From positions 3,904,001-3,968,000 of the forward strand of contig CBDCOX010000002.1 of assembly GCA_965219995.1 (NCBI GenBank): a stretch of 64,000 bases of DNA, read 5' to 3'. Made by a program: the position numbers and the translations under genes. This DNA is from Candidatus Latescibacterota bacterium (GTDB taxonomy: Bacteria > Latescibacterota > UBA2968 > GCA-2709665). Below are positions 50,596 through 59,940 of this stretch, piece after piece; position 1 is the first letter of the stretch; every line of letters begins with the position of its first letter. The notes beneath the pieces are model-generated. The model made no database searches and was not told where the DNA came from. It was given only the letters and a program-made list of their open reading frames with translations.

Positions 50596-52296
50596 TCACA
50601 CAGCGACCGGCAGGATCAGACGCGAGGGATATTCCGCCGAATGATGGACTTCCTGGGTGGCCGCCGCGAGTTTCGTTTCCGCCAGATCGTTCCCGCCGGT
50701 ATTGTGATTCCTGTCATGATTCGGAAAGTCACTGCTGGTAATCTCAAGCCGGATCCTGTGCCCGGCAAGGAACCGGCAGGCCGTGGCCGTCAACCGAATG
50801 CGATACTCTGTAACGTCTCCCGGTGTGATGAAGTCTTCCTCGTCCAGGGAAAGGCGGTGCCGGGCGCGGACCATTCCGTACGCGACCTCCATCGCCGGAC
50901 CGTTCGGGACTTCGTCCGCCAGGCGGGCGAAAAAATCGGTATCGGGCGCGGAAGTCGACGCGTAGAGCACCACCTCGGGAACTCCCGCCGTCTCCAGGTC
51001 GACCTCCAGGACAGGGGTGCGGTAAATCAGGATATCCTGCCGGTAGTCCAGCCGTTTCCTGTCCGACGGCTCCGTATACAGTCCCTTCGACCAGAGCGTA
51101 GGTACCGGATCGTTCGGGTCGTACACGTATCCATCGTGCCTCGATCCAGCGCCGGGCCCATCCTTCAGGCGTCCGGATCCCGTGGTGAGGTGGGCGTCGC
51201 CTTCGCTGTCCAGATAGTAGGCTGCCCGCGTTGTTCCCGGGGGAGGCCAGGTCGACGCCGTCTTCCACGCGCCCGAACCCATTACGAAGTATCGTACGGC
51301 CGGGTCCCGGTCCACCCCGTTATCCGAGCCCTTGAGCCAGCGGTCGAACCAGCGGATCATCGCATCCTGCAGGTCCAGACTCGCCTCGGGACCGAAATCG
51401 AACGGTCCCTGACGCCGGTTTCCGAGTCCGCTGTGGTTCCACGGCCCGATCACGAGGCGGGTCTGCGTTCTGGCGATTTCAGAACGGCCATTTTTCTGCA
51501 TCAGGCCCAGGTGCGCCATGGTGCCCCCGCAATGGTCGTACCACCCGCTGAAATCCAGGTTCGGGACCTCCACGTCGCGGTGCACTTCGTCGAACTTCCA
51601 GCATCGGCGGTTGGGATGCCGCAGCCAGTCCTCGGCGTAACCCGCCATTGCATCGGGCAGATAGCGGGGAAGGTCCAGCCACGGCATGAAATACAACCAC
51701 CGCATATGCTCCACGTCCTCCCAGATCTCCACGGCTTCGTCCCGGTGGTACGGGCCCGGACCGCCCTCCCGCCTGCGGATATCCGGCGCGATCGTCCCCA
51801 TCCACCACTTGACGCGACGCCCGGGGCGGAAAGATCCCCACCAGTCCACTTCCGTATTCTCCAGCGGAATCGACCATGCGCACATGGCGACCAGATGCGG
51901 CGGCCGCAGCTTTGCCAGCATCCACTGCATCCAGGCGTTGTACGACCCGCCGAACGTGCCGACCTTCCCGTTGCAATACGGCTGCCGCGCCAGCCATTCG
52001 ACGCTCTCGTAGCCATCCTGTGCGTCGGGCGTGCCGCCCTCCACGGTATACGGGATGTACGTCCCGCCGGAAGCGTACCGACCGCGCGAGTCCTGTGTGA
52101 CCACGGCGTACCCGGACCGGACAACCCGTTCAAAGCCGCCCTCGGGTTTTCCATAGGGCGTTCGCATCAGCAGACCCGGAACCCGTCCGGGGCCGTCCGG
52201 CCGGAACACGTTCGCGCGAAGCGTGACCCCGTCCGACATCCCCACGGGAACGTTTTTCTCAACGACGATTTCCTGGACTTCGTTCTTCTCCGCCAT
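50596..52296 (-). CDS. CocE/NonD family serine hydrolase
   Basis: MSDGV.L.A..FRP, RTPY, DSRGR..S.G, G.SY, GWYD, IGPW.H. Confidence 0.92.
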   Translation of the reverse strand: MAEKNEVQEIVVEKNVPVGMSDGVTLRANVFRPDGPGRVPGLLMRTPYGKPEGGFERVVRSGYAVVTQDSRGRYASGGTYIPYTVEGGTPDAQDGYESVEWLARQPYCNGKVGTFGGSYNAWMQWMLAKLRPPHLVAMCAWSIPLENTEVDWWGSFRPGRRVKWWMGTIAPDIRRREGGPGPYHRDEAVEIWEDVEHMRWLYFMPWLDLPRYLPDAMAGYAEDWLRHPNRRCWKFDEVHRDVEVPNLDFSGWYDHCGGTMAHLGLMQKNGRSEIARTQTRLVIGPWNHSGLGNRRQGPFDFGPEASLDLQDAMIRWFDRWLKGSDNGVDRDPAVRYFVMGSGAWKTASTWPPPGTTRAAYYLDSEGDAHLTTGSGRLKDGPGAGSRHDGYVYDPNDPVPTLWSKGLYTEPSDRKRLDYRQDILIYRTPVLEVDLETAGVPEVVLYASTSAPDTDFFARLADEVPNGPAMEVAYGMVRARHRLSLDEEDFITPGDVTEYRIRLTATACRFLAGHRIRLEITSSDFPNHDRNHNTGGNDLAETKLAAATQEVHHSAEYPSRLILPVAV

Positions 52297-52321
52297 ACGA
52301 TTCCTTACCGGAATCCGACGT

Positions 52322-53878
52322 TCAGATCCGCTCCATGATTTCCCGGAATCCGTTCAAGGCATCCGGGAATCCCGAAGGACCGGGCATCGGCCAGAGGCAG
52401 AAGATCCCGTCGAAACTCCGGCACCGGAGATTGGATAGAATCTCGACGAGCTCCGCGTTGCCCCGGCCGGCGACCGCCGGATCGCCGCTGGCCGCGACCG
52501 CGTCCCTGAAGTCGACGTGCCTCACAAGCCGGCGGATCGGCCCCTTGTACAGTCCCGAATAGAACGGGCTTCCTCCCGAGAGCGCGACGGCGGCCGGATC
52601 GTATGCCATGTGTACGCCGGCCGCCCCGATCTCTCTCAGACCTCTCGCGATATCCGACGGGTTCACACCCGCTGGATTCCCCACCAGCACGTCCATCCCA
52701 TTGTCATCGGCCACCCGGGAGAGCCGTTCGAGTGCACCTTTCATATCCGTCCGATCAAGGTCCTCGGGCAGCAGGACATGCAGGTGCCTTGCACCGAAAC
52801 CGGCCGCAACTTCACAAGCCTCCGGCACTGCCTCGGCTGATGCAAACGGCGCGCGCAGGGCAACGAGTGCGACTCCCCGCGCCGTGAGCCGCTCGCAAAG
52901 ATCCGCGGCGCCGTTCAGATGCTCCGCGTGCAGTTCCACGGACCGGATCCCCGCCCCGGCCACCTGGTCCAGCGCCCGTTCGGGGTTGGCATCAACCGCC
53001 CACAGCGGCGCGCTAAGCCTGAATTTCTCTTCCTCCAGAAGGGATTCCAGCGATTTGCCGCCATTCGCTACCGCATCGCGCCGGACCTTCGGCCGGCCCG
53101 CCGAAACACGCGCGATCTTCTCCCTGTACCCCACGCAGTCGGCGCAGTGCGGATTCTCGTCCAGCGCAAAGCCCGGGTCGCGCGTCATTTCACGGCGCAT
53201 CACGGCCGCGGCGCGGGGTGCGTCGATCAGGCGGCAGACGGCCGGCCCTACCGTACCCACGGCCATGGCCCCTTCGGCCCTGAACAGCCGGTCGAACTTC
53301 AACACGCCGCCGCGGTGCCCGCCCGGACACCGGTGAATCGACAAGACGCGGACCTCGCCGGAGGCGTCCACGTACTGCATTTCCAACTCGCGAAGGTACG
53401 GCAGATCCAGCTCCGCTTCCACCGTGTGCAGCAGCGTCATCGTATCCAGATCGCACCCGATGTGCAGCACCTTTCCGCCGAGGGTGATCAGGCGGCCGTA
53501 CGGCGTCTCCGGGCCGTCGGGGACCGCGCTCTTCTCGTGATCGGACAGGATCTCCTCCGCCCGCGCTCCGAACCCCGCCACCGGATGATAGGGGTGCCTG
53601 CTGCGCAGCACGCCGGGCCGCAGCCGGAACGTCTCGCTGATGGCGCCCATGTCCGATGGGATCGTGTCCGGATCGAACGTGCGACCGTCGCGGGCCGGAT
53701 GGGTGGGCATCAGCAGGGTTCCGCCGGGACCCAGGACTTCGAGAAGGGCGTCGATCACCCCGTCCGCGCCGCCCGCAACGCGGCCCAGGGCGCTCAGGGA
53801 CGAATGCGCCACCACGATCGCGCCCGGCTGCAATCCGAGCGCCGACAACCCGTCTGCGATTTCACTTTGCGTCAGCAT
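52322..53878 (-). CDS. AAC(3)-family N-acetyltransferase fused to xylose-isomerase-like TIM barrel
   Basis: HSSLSALG.V.GG, GTLLMPT, RS.HP, T.LH.VE, CADC, then a C-terminal DP....., H.DFRD, G.G...L..I...L....FDG barrel. Confidence 0.78.
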   Translation of the reverse strand: MLTQSEIADGLSALGLQPGAIVVAHSSLSALGRVAGGADGVIDALLEVLGPGGTLLMPTHPARDGRTFDPDTIPSDMGAISETFRLRPGVLRSRHPYHPVAGFGARAEEILSDHEKSAVPDGPETPYGRLITLGGKVLHIGCDLDTMTLLHTVEAELDLPYLRELEMQYVDASGEVRVLSIHRCPGGHRGGVLKFDRLFRAEGAMAVGTVGPAVCRLIDAPRAAAVMRREMTRDPGFALDENPHCADCVGYREKIARVSAGRPKVRRDAVANGGKSLESLLEEEKFRLSAPLWAVDANPERALDQVAGAGIRSVELHAEHLNGAADLCERLTARGVALVALRAPFASAEAVPEACEVAAGFGARHLHVLLPEDLDRTDMKGALERLSRVADDNGMDVLVGNPAGVNPSDIARGLREIGAAGVHMAYDPAAVALSGGSPFYSGLYKGPIRRLVRHVDFRDAVAASGDPAVAGRGNAELVEILSNLRCRSFDGIFCLWPMPGPSGFPDALNGFREIMERI

Positions 53879-53932
53879 CGTTGCCGCGAGTCCTCCCCGT
53901 TGACGCGATCGCATCGCGTCCCGTGCCCGTCC

Positions 53933-54652
53933 CTACCGCCATTCGATCAGCGCTTTGACATAGGCGCGGCCCACCAGTCGGTGGCCGTCCCTCAGATACG
54001 GTATATGATGACCTGCCAGTATGCAGTCGACGTGGAGACCCGCCAGCCGCTTCAGCGTGCGGATGTACGTGGGTTTGTCGAATTCCTCTCCGCCCTGCCA
54101 GCCCAGTTCCGGTTGAAAGCCGGTATTTCCGCAGAACAGGACGTCGCCGGCCAGCCAGATTGTCTTTCCGGCGTGTTCGAACCGGTAGATGACGCATCCG
54201 TTCGTGTGGCCCGGCGCGTGGATGACTTCGAAGCGGAACCCGCAGGCCTCGATCGTGTCGCCGTCTTCGACCACCCGGTCCACCTTGCAGGCCGGCAGCC
54301 GGAATCCGGCGGCATAGGGTATCGTCCGCGCGTCCGATCTCTCGATGCCCTCCGCGTCGCCCGGGCCGGCGATCACGAAAGCGCCCCGCTCACGGATCGC
54401 GGCCGCGTTGCCGATGTGATCGTAGTGGCTGTGGGTCAGGAACAGGTAGTCGACGCTTTCCAGCGAGATCCCCCATACGCGCAACTGCGCCTCGGCGCGT
54501 TCCAGGTCGGCGGGTACCGAACCTGAATCGACCACGATGGTACCTGCGTCGTTGTGCAGGACGTAGAAATTCGGGTGCTGCGCGTAAGCGAACCCGTCCG
54601 CGAGATAAATTTCCGGCAGAATCTGCATTTCGGCCTCCGTCGGCCTTGTCAC
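53933..54652 (-). CDS. MBL-fold metallo-hydrolase
   Basis: THSHYDHIG, PGHT.G, GD, GH. Confidence 0.92.
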   Translation of the reverse strand: MTRPTEAEMQILPEIYLADGFAYAQHPNFYVLHNDAGTIVVDSGSVPADLERAEAQLRVWGISLESVDYLFLTHSHYDHIGNAAAIRERGAFVIAGPGDAEGIERSDARTIPYAAGFRLPACKVDRVVEDGDTIEACGFRFEVIHAPGHTNGCVIYRFEHAGKTIWLAGDVLFCGNTGFQPELGWQGGEEFDKPTYIRTLKRLAGLHVDCILAGHHIPYLRDGHRLVGRAYVKALIEWR

Positions 54653-54653
54653 G

Positions 54654-55529
54654 CTACACGTCGGAAACGCCCGTATATCCGGGGGGAATCAGCCCCCTCT
54701 GGTGGTCCCGGCAATGCGCCAGAAAGCTGCGGTCGCTCAACAGAAAGCCGGGATCTTCAATGATACAACGGGTACCCTCGTCAATCAGCTCCCTTGCGTT
54801 CATGACGGTCACTCTCGCATCGCCGATCTTTCCGTACTGAACCAGACCCAGCCGCTGCATCTCGGGCTCCATCAGGTAATAATCCCTGGGTACGTTCGGC
54901 GTGTGCACCTTCTGGACGTGGACGTGGATCCGGCCATGCTCGTCCGCCACCTCCAGTCGCGAAGGTTCGTCCGCCAGCGCATAGGGCGCATGGCCGTACT
55001 CCTCGCAGGCGTGCATCAGCGTGCAGCTGGTCCAGCCCGTGCCGAGGAACATATAATGCGCTTCCAGTTCCCCCAGCTTTCCCCATGCCGTGTCCCGCCC
55101 GCAAGGCGTAAAACAGCGAATCGCGTCCTCGGCGAGGTACTCCGCCTGGCGCCCGATCGCACACATCGGATTGCTGGAGTCCAGGCAACGCACGGCTCCC
55201 GGATGATGTCGAAACACCTCGGTGATCCTGCCCATCCGGGACGGGGAGCGGCGCACGTCGAAGGCCGGTGACCCGGCGTTGCGGGCGTACTCCCAGTGCC
55301 ACCCGTTGAAATGGCACGTATGGACCGCGACCGTGCCCTGTGGCCCGACGGCCTCCAGGAACGCGTCGATCACCGTTTCGGCGCCGCCGTCCACGTATCC
55401 CATACTGCTGAGGGAATTGTGAAAGAACACCGCGTCGCCTGGATTCACCCCCAGGTTCCGAAGGCCTTCGACGACGTCACGCTTCCGAACGACCGTTTTC
55501 CCTTCCGGCGACCAGGGTTTCTTTGCCAT
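54654..55529 (-). CDS. AAC(3)-family N-acetyltransferase
   Basis: LG...GD....HNSLSSMGYVDGGA, S.MG.ITE.FR, T.MH..E. Confidence 0.82.
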   Translation of the reverse strand: MAKKPWSPEGKTVVRKRDVVEGLRNLGVNPGDAVFFHNSLSSMGYVDGGAETVIDAFLEAVGPQGTVAVHTCHFNGWHWEYARNAGSPAFDVRRSPSRMGRITEVFRHHPGAVRCLDSSNPMCAIGRQAEYLAEDAIRCFTPCGRDTAWGKLGELEAHYMFLGTGWTSCTLMHACEEYGHAPYALADEPSRLEVADEHGRIHVHVQKVHTPNVPRDYYLMEPEMQRLGLVQYGKIGDARVTVMNARELIDEGTRCIIEDPGFLLSDRSFLAHCRDHQRGLIPPGYTGVSDV

Positions 55530-55608
55530 CTCAGGAGTCTCCTTGTAAAAAAGCGATGCCAGGTGAGACACGAGAAGGACGAAAGCAGGCGCCTCAGTCG
55601 GCCGGCCA

Positions 55609-56196
55609 TCAGCGGTAAGGGGCGAGGGATGGATGGTCCAGCACGGAGGCGAGCCACGTCCAGCCCTCGGCGCACCGGTCGTAGGTTTCGATGGGGACGA
55701 AGCCGAAGTCCAGGTACAGGTTGATCGCCCTCGAGGTGTTGGTCTGCGTGGTCAGATAGGCGCGATCGTGGAAGTCCGCAATCCGGCGAAGGGACGCCGC
55801 CAAAAGCGGTTTGGCGAGACCGCGGCCCTGATATTCGGGACGGATGACGACCCAGTGGATGCGGCCGTAGTCCCTGCCGTTGAACGCGTCGTTGTACCAT
55901 GCCGTGCACGTACCGATCGCCCGACCCTCCGGGTCCTCCAGATACAGACACCGTGCCTCCATCTCGTCCCGGCCCGGTCCGAACTCGCTCTCGAAGTACT
56001 CCAGCGCCTTGTCCACGGAATCGAACGAAGCCACGGCGATTTCGATTTCCGCCCAAAGGTGGTCTTCGCCGGCCCTGTAGTACCGCAGCCGGTATCCCGC
56101 GGGAAGCGGATATGACGGGAGGTCCGTCAGGTCATCCCTGACCATGACCACCGGAATGTGCTTCTGCTTCCTTTCCCAGTGCCTGTCGATTCTCAC
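55609..56196 (-). CDS. GNAT family N-acetyltransferase
   Basis: HWVVIRPEYQGRGLAKPLL, AI.LY..FGF; GTG after GGAGG. Confidence 0.88.
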   Translation of the reverse strand: MRIDRHWERKQKHIPVVMVRDDLTDLPSYPLPAGYRLRYYRAGEDHLWAEIEIAVASFDSVDKALEYFESEFGPGRDEMEARCLYLEDPEGRAIGTCTAWYNDAFNGRDYGRIHWVVIRPEYQGRGLAKPLLAASLRRIADFHDRAYLTTQTNTSRAINLYLDFGFVPIETYDRCAEGWTWLASVLDHPSLAPYR

Positions 56197-56251
56197 AGCG
56201 CCTGCCTCCGTTTCCCAATCGATGCGGGACGGCTCGCGGCCACCCCGCACG

Positions 56252-58363
56252 CTAGACGACGGCGGTCCCGGCATCCGACACGGCGTAGGACCGGCCCTCG
56301 CCAAGCACCGTACTCCATCGTTCTCCATCGTGTTGTTCGAAGGCGAGTTTAATCCGGCCTCCGGACGGCGCGCCCAGTACGAATACCGTCTCCGGTCGCT
56401 GCGGAAGCACCGGTCCCCGGACAGGCAGGGTGACGTCCCCGCCTGCCGGCGTCAGAACCATCCGCGGCAACCCTCCCGGGTCTGTAAACCAGAAGGTGAT
56501 CATCGAATCGCCGGCGCACTGTTGCACGACACAACCGTCACCGCCAGGCAGAATCGCCCACAGGATGTCGAGTGACGATTCGCCATCCATCACGAATTGG
56601 TACCTGAGGTCCGCCTGGTCCATTGCGTCCAGGTCTTCGGGCGGAATGTCGTAGCCGGAGAGATAGTCCTCCCAGTACGGGTCGACCGGCTGCGGGACCC
56701 GCTCGAATGCCGCTGCCCGGGAAGACGCCTTGCACAACCGGCAGGTCCGCCTGGATGGCGTCCGCAGCAGGAGTGAACCGTCCGGTCGGATTTCGGCGTC
56801 AACCTCTTGCCCTGTGTGAAAATGGGCTTCCACGTGGCGCGGCGCAGGGCCGGAGAACCGGACGCGGTCCAGAATGAACGCGGCGTGGCAATCCCGCGCG
56901 TGCATTACGGTCCGTTCGAACGAGGTCAGCCCCGGCACGTCCGGATACGCGCCCGCCGCCTCGCACCGCGCGGCCGAATACACGTCGTTCCCGCCGCAAT
57001 ACACCCCCGTGACCTCGCCGCCCGAGTCGGGTCCGTCCGACTGTCCTGCGCCGTCGAACGTGAGGGTATTCTTCAACGCGGTGTCGAATCGAAAGTAGCC
57101 CGACGGCCTGAAGAAATAGTGCCCGTTGGCAAAATAGGTAAAACTCGCGCGGTCTTCATAGTGGGCGTGTTTATTCTGGGTGATAGTCTGTATCGGAAGC
57201 CCCGTATCCCGCCCGGCCTGCGCCAGCGGACCCCCGGGAATCGTACACTCGAAGCTCAGGACGGAGGCGCTCCCGTTGAACCCCGTGCGGGAGAAGAACT
57301 GACCCAGCGACGGGAAGAATGCCGCTGCCGGCAGACCGTCCGGCGGTTCCGCCTCAACGCCGGGATCGTACCAGAGAAAGCTCCAGCCGTAGTCGTGGTA
57401 GTCTTTCAGAAACGTGCGTGACGTCTCCCGCTCCGCCTGCCACTGCGCCAGCCCGTCACTGAACTCGGACGCGAGTTTGTACAGCTGAAAGGCCACGACC
57501 CCGCCGGTCTCCCCGTGGTACCGGCCGCTGGGCGTGGAATCGTCCAGAAACACGTACGATCCGTCGGGCAGAAGGTGGTACGCGCGCCAGCGGGACAGCG
57601 CTTTCAGCCACGCAATATCAAATTCATCCTCTCCGAATACACGCTTCCGGCCTTCCAAGTAGAACAGCATCGGCCCAAGCGCGTAGTTCAGCGGGGCCAC
57701 ACCCTCGTTCCATGCACCGTCCTCACCCTGGATGGAGACGATCCGTGCGACCTCTCTCTCAACCGTGGATAACCAGGCCTCGGCGTCTGTCTCGTACGGC
57801 AGCAACGCCAGGCAGCCGACGCCCGCACCGAAGACCGGTACCCAGCAATCGTGGTAGTGGTATCGCCGGCTCCAGCCCGCCTCGCCAGTGTCCATGTGTC
57901 GGACCATGCGTCCGGTTTCGACGCGCAACACCGCAACCAGACGGCGTACGAGCGCATCCGGCAGAACACACCCGAACAGGTCCAGGCCGTAAGCCAGCGC
58001 CATCACGTGAAAGGCGACCAGATACGAAGCCTTGACCTGATCGTCGTCCGCGGCGCCGACCCCGACCCATCGCGCCAGCCAGCGTTCCGCCAGCCCGCGC
58101 CACCGCCCGTCTCCGGTGACCTGCCAGGCGATGCCGCAGTTTACCACCAGAGAAAAGCAGATCTCGAGGATATCGCTGTATTCGGGTTCCTCGAGGTCCC
58201 AGAGCGTAGCCGGCGGTTCGTGGGCTATCCGGCGATCCAGGTCCTCGACCAGGGCGCGAAAGAACCGGGCGTGCGACGTTGCGCTGCGTTTGCGCAGGTC
58301 ATCAAGTTCGCAGTCAGCCAGAATCAACCGCGGCCCCGCGGGATCGACCATTGAGGAACCCAT
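56252..58363 (-). CDS. Heparinase II/III-like (DUF4962-type) lyase-fold protein
   Basis: Alpha-toroid N-part, DGAWNEG, H.H.D..SF.....G, NTL.FDG.GQ, F.R; the start is uncertain (58363/58408). Confidence 0.72.
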   Translation of the reverse strand: MGSSMVDPAGPRLILADCELDDLRKRSATSHARFFRALVEDLDRRIAHEPPATLWDLEEPEYSDILEICFSLVVNCGIAWQVTGDGRWRGLAERWLARWVGVGAADDDQVKASYLVAFHVMALAYGLDLFGCVLPDALVRRLVAVLRVETGRMVRHMDTGEAGWSRRYHYHDCWVPVFGAGVGCLALLPYETDAEAWLSTVEREVARIVSIQGEDGAWNEGVAPLNYALGPMLFYLEGRKRVFGEDEFDIAWLKALSRWRAYHLLPDGSYVFLDDSTPSGRYHGETGGVVAFQLYKLASEFSDGLAQWQAERETSRTFLKDYHDYGWSFLWYDPGVEAEPPDGLPAAAFFPSLGQFFSRTGFNGSASVLSFECTIPGGPLAQAGRDTGLPIQTITQNKHAHYEDRASFTYFANGHYFFRPSGYFRFDTALKNTLTFDGAGQSDGPDSGGEVTGVYCGGNDVYSAARCEAAGAYPDVPGLTSFERTVMHARDCHAAFILDRVRFSGPAPRHVEAHFHTGQEVDAEIRPDGSLLLRTPSRRTCRLCKASSRAAAFERVPQPVDPYWEDYLSGYDIPPEDLDAMDQADLRYQFVMDGESSLDILWAILPGGDGCVVQQCAGDSMITFWFTDPGGLPRMVLTPAGGDVTLPVRGPVLPQRPETVFVLGAPSGGRIKLAFEQHDGERWSTVLGEGRSYAVSDAGTAVV

Positions 58364-58775
58364 TTCCGATAGCTGGTATGGAGCCGGATGGCCCACCATG
58401 TGGCACATTCAAAAGTGCGGGGATCTACCTGCGACGCGCGGTCCTGAGTCCTGGCGGCCGCACGGCGAACGTCCGCTCGAATACCGTACAGATCCCAACG
58501 TGCCCTGGCGTTACAAACCCCTCATCCCAAGTCTAAACCATACCGGGAGGGATTGCAAGTCCCATCGTGTGCGGAGTGAAGGGCGGCGCCTGAATCCGGA
58601 CAGGCGGCAGGCCGTGGTGAATGACAGAAAACCTGACATCCGGCCCGGTTTGAATTCAGCATCGACAGCCAAAAATCAGCTTGTGATTGGCTCACAAGAG
58701 CACGTACACGAACCCGCCGCGGCCGCGCGCGACCTCGACGTCCCGAAAATCAAAAAAAGACACCCCTTTTTTCTC

Positions 58776-58815
58776 TTGACAAAAAATGTTACCTGATATT
58801 ATCATGTGTTATAAT
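58776..58815 (+). promoter_or_regulatory. sigma70 promoter(s) with overlapping TGATA-T-TATCA inverted repeat
   Basis: TTGACA 58776-58781, TATCAT 58800-58805, extended -10 TGtTATAAT 58807-58815; palindrome 58794-58804. Confidence 0.7.
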
Positions 58816-59100
58816 CGCTATTTTTATCATGCCTGCTTCATTGGCGGGTATCGAAACGGCATCGCGAGGGCTTTCTCTGTGGGAGGGGCACCGTCTTGCC
58901 GTATCCACAACAATCGGTCCTCCCCCCGCGATTACGGATGCCCGTTTCCGGTGTCGCCGAACGGGCTGCTCAGGCAACGCCGGGAGTATTGCAGGGGGAG
59001 TCGGTGACAGGTTGAGCCGAAGTTCCGAAAACGGACCCGGTCCCGCGGGAATTCAGGCGGCATCCGCGCGGCTTTGTCCATCTCTTAAGGAGGGCAGTCT

Positions 59101-59844
59101 ATGGGCACATGGAGGGTTTTGGCGGTTGCCGGGCTTCTGGTGTCGCTTCTCGCACCGGATTCCGGCGCGCGGGAGTTCGACCGGATCGGCGGGCGGATGC
59201 TGTTGGGCTACAACCTGCCCGTGATGGGGCTTCGGACGAACTGGTACACACAGGCCGTACGTTGGGGCGGCAGCGTTGTTTACAACCGGAATATCAACAA
59301 CGCGATCGAGTTCGAGTATCACCGGCTCGAGTACACTGACGGCAAGATCGAGAATCAGACGTTCACCTGGAACGAAGACTCGAAAGATTATTCGAGTCCC
59401 GAGTCGGACGCCAGTATGCGGATCAACAGCGTGCTTTGCAACATGGTTTTCCGGCTCGGTGACAAATCACGCCTTTTCTATAACCAGGCAACCTCACCCT
59501 ACGTGGTCGCCGGCGGCGGGTTTCACAGCTACAGCAATCGCGTGAGCGGCCTGATTTATCCGGGGCAGAAGGGCATCGCTGTCGAGGGTTCCGAGCAGAA
59601 CATGCTGGATCCAAGCGTGGTCCTCGAACCCGTGGTGGAGAGCCGGTGGGCGCTTGGGGCCCATTTCGGGTTCGGCGTCGAGAGGTTCATGTCCAACAAC
59701 TTTTCACTGGACTTCCGGGTTCAGCACAACTTCCTGGTCGGGACGCTCGGTCCGCGGGAAGCCTGGGGCATCAAGGGCGTGATGCCGCTGCTGCAGATGC
59801 TGGATCTGGAAGTGGGCCTCAAATTCTACGAATCGGGTAAGTAG
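59101..59844 (+). CDS. Outer-membrane beta-barrel protein (OmpA-like TM domain)
   Basis: Signal peptide, PYV.AGGG, G.HFGFG.E, C-terminal VGLKFY; AAGGAGG RBS. Confidence 0.8.
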   Translation: MGTWRVLAVAGLLVSLLAPDSGAREFDRIGGRMLLGYNLPVMGLRTNWYTQAVRWGGSVVYNRNINNAIEFEYHRLEYTDGKIENQTFTWNEDSKDYSSPESDASMRINSVLCNMVFRLGDKSRLFYNQATSPYVVAGGGFHSYSNRVSGLIYPGQKGIAVEGSEQNMLDPSVVLEPVVESRWALGAHFGFGVERFMSNNFSLDFRVQHNFLVGTLGPREAWGIKGVMPLLQMLDLEVGLKFYESGK

Positions 59845-59940
59845 TGCGTCTCGCATGCCCGGGAAAGGAGGAAACGTCATCCTATTGAGCATGCAAGGCG
59901 GCAACCAATCAGGCAGTCCAACTTAATTGGAGGTTCGGTA

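Noticed and set aside
58820-59100. Cobalamin or TPP riboswitch before the TonB operon
   Set aside because: No B12-box/GGGAA..GCCAC or CUGAGA..ACCUG core motifs were found.
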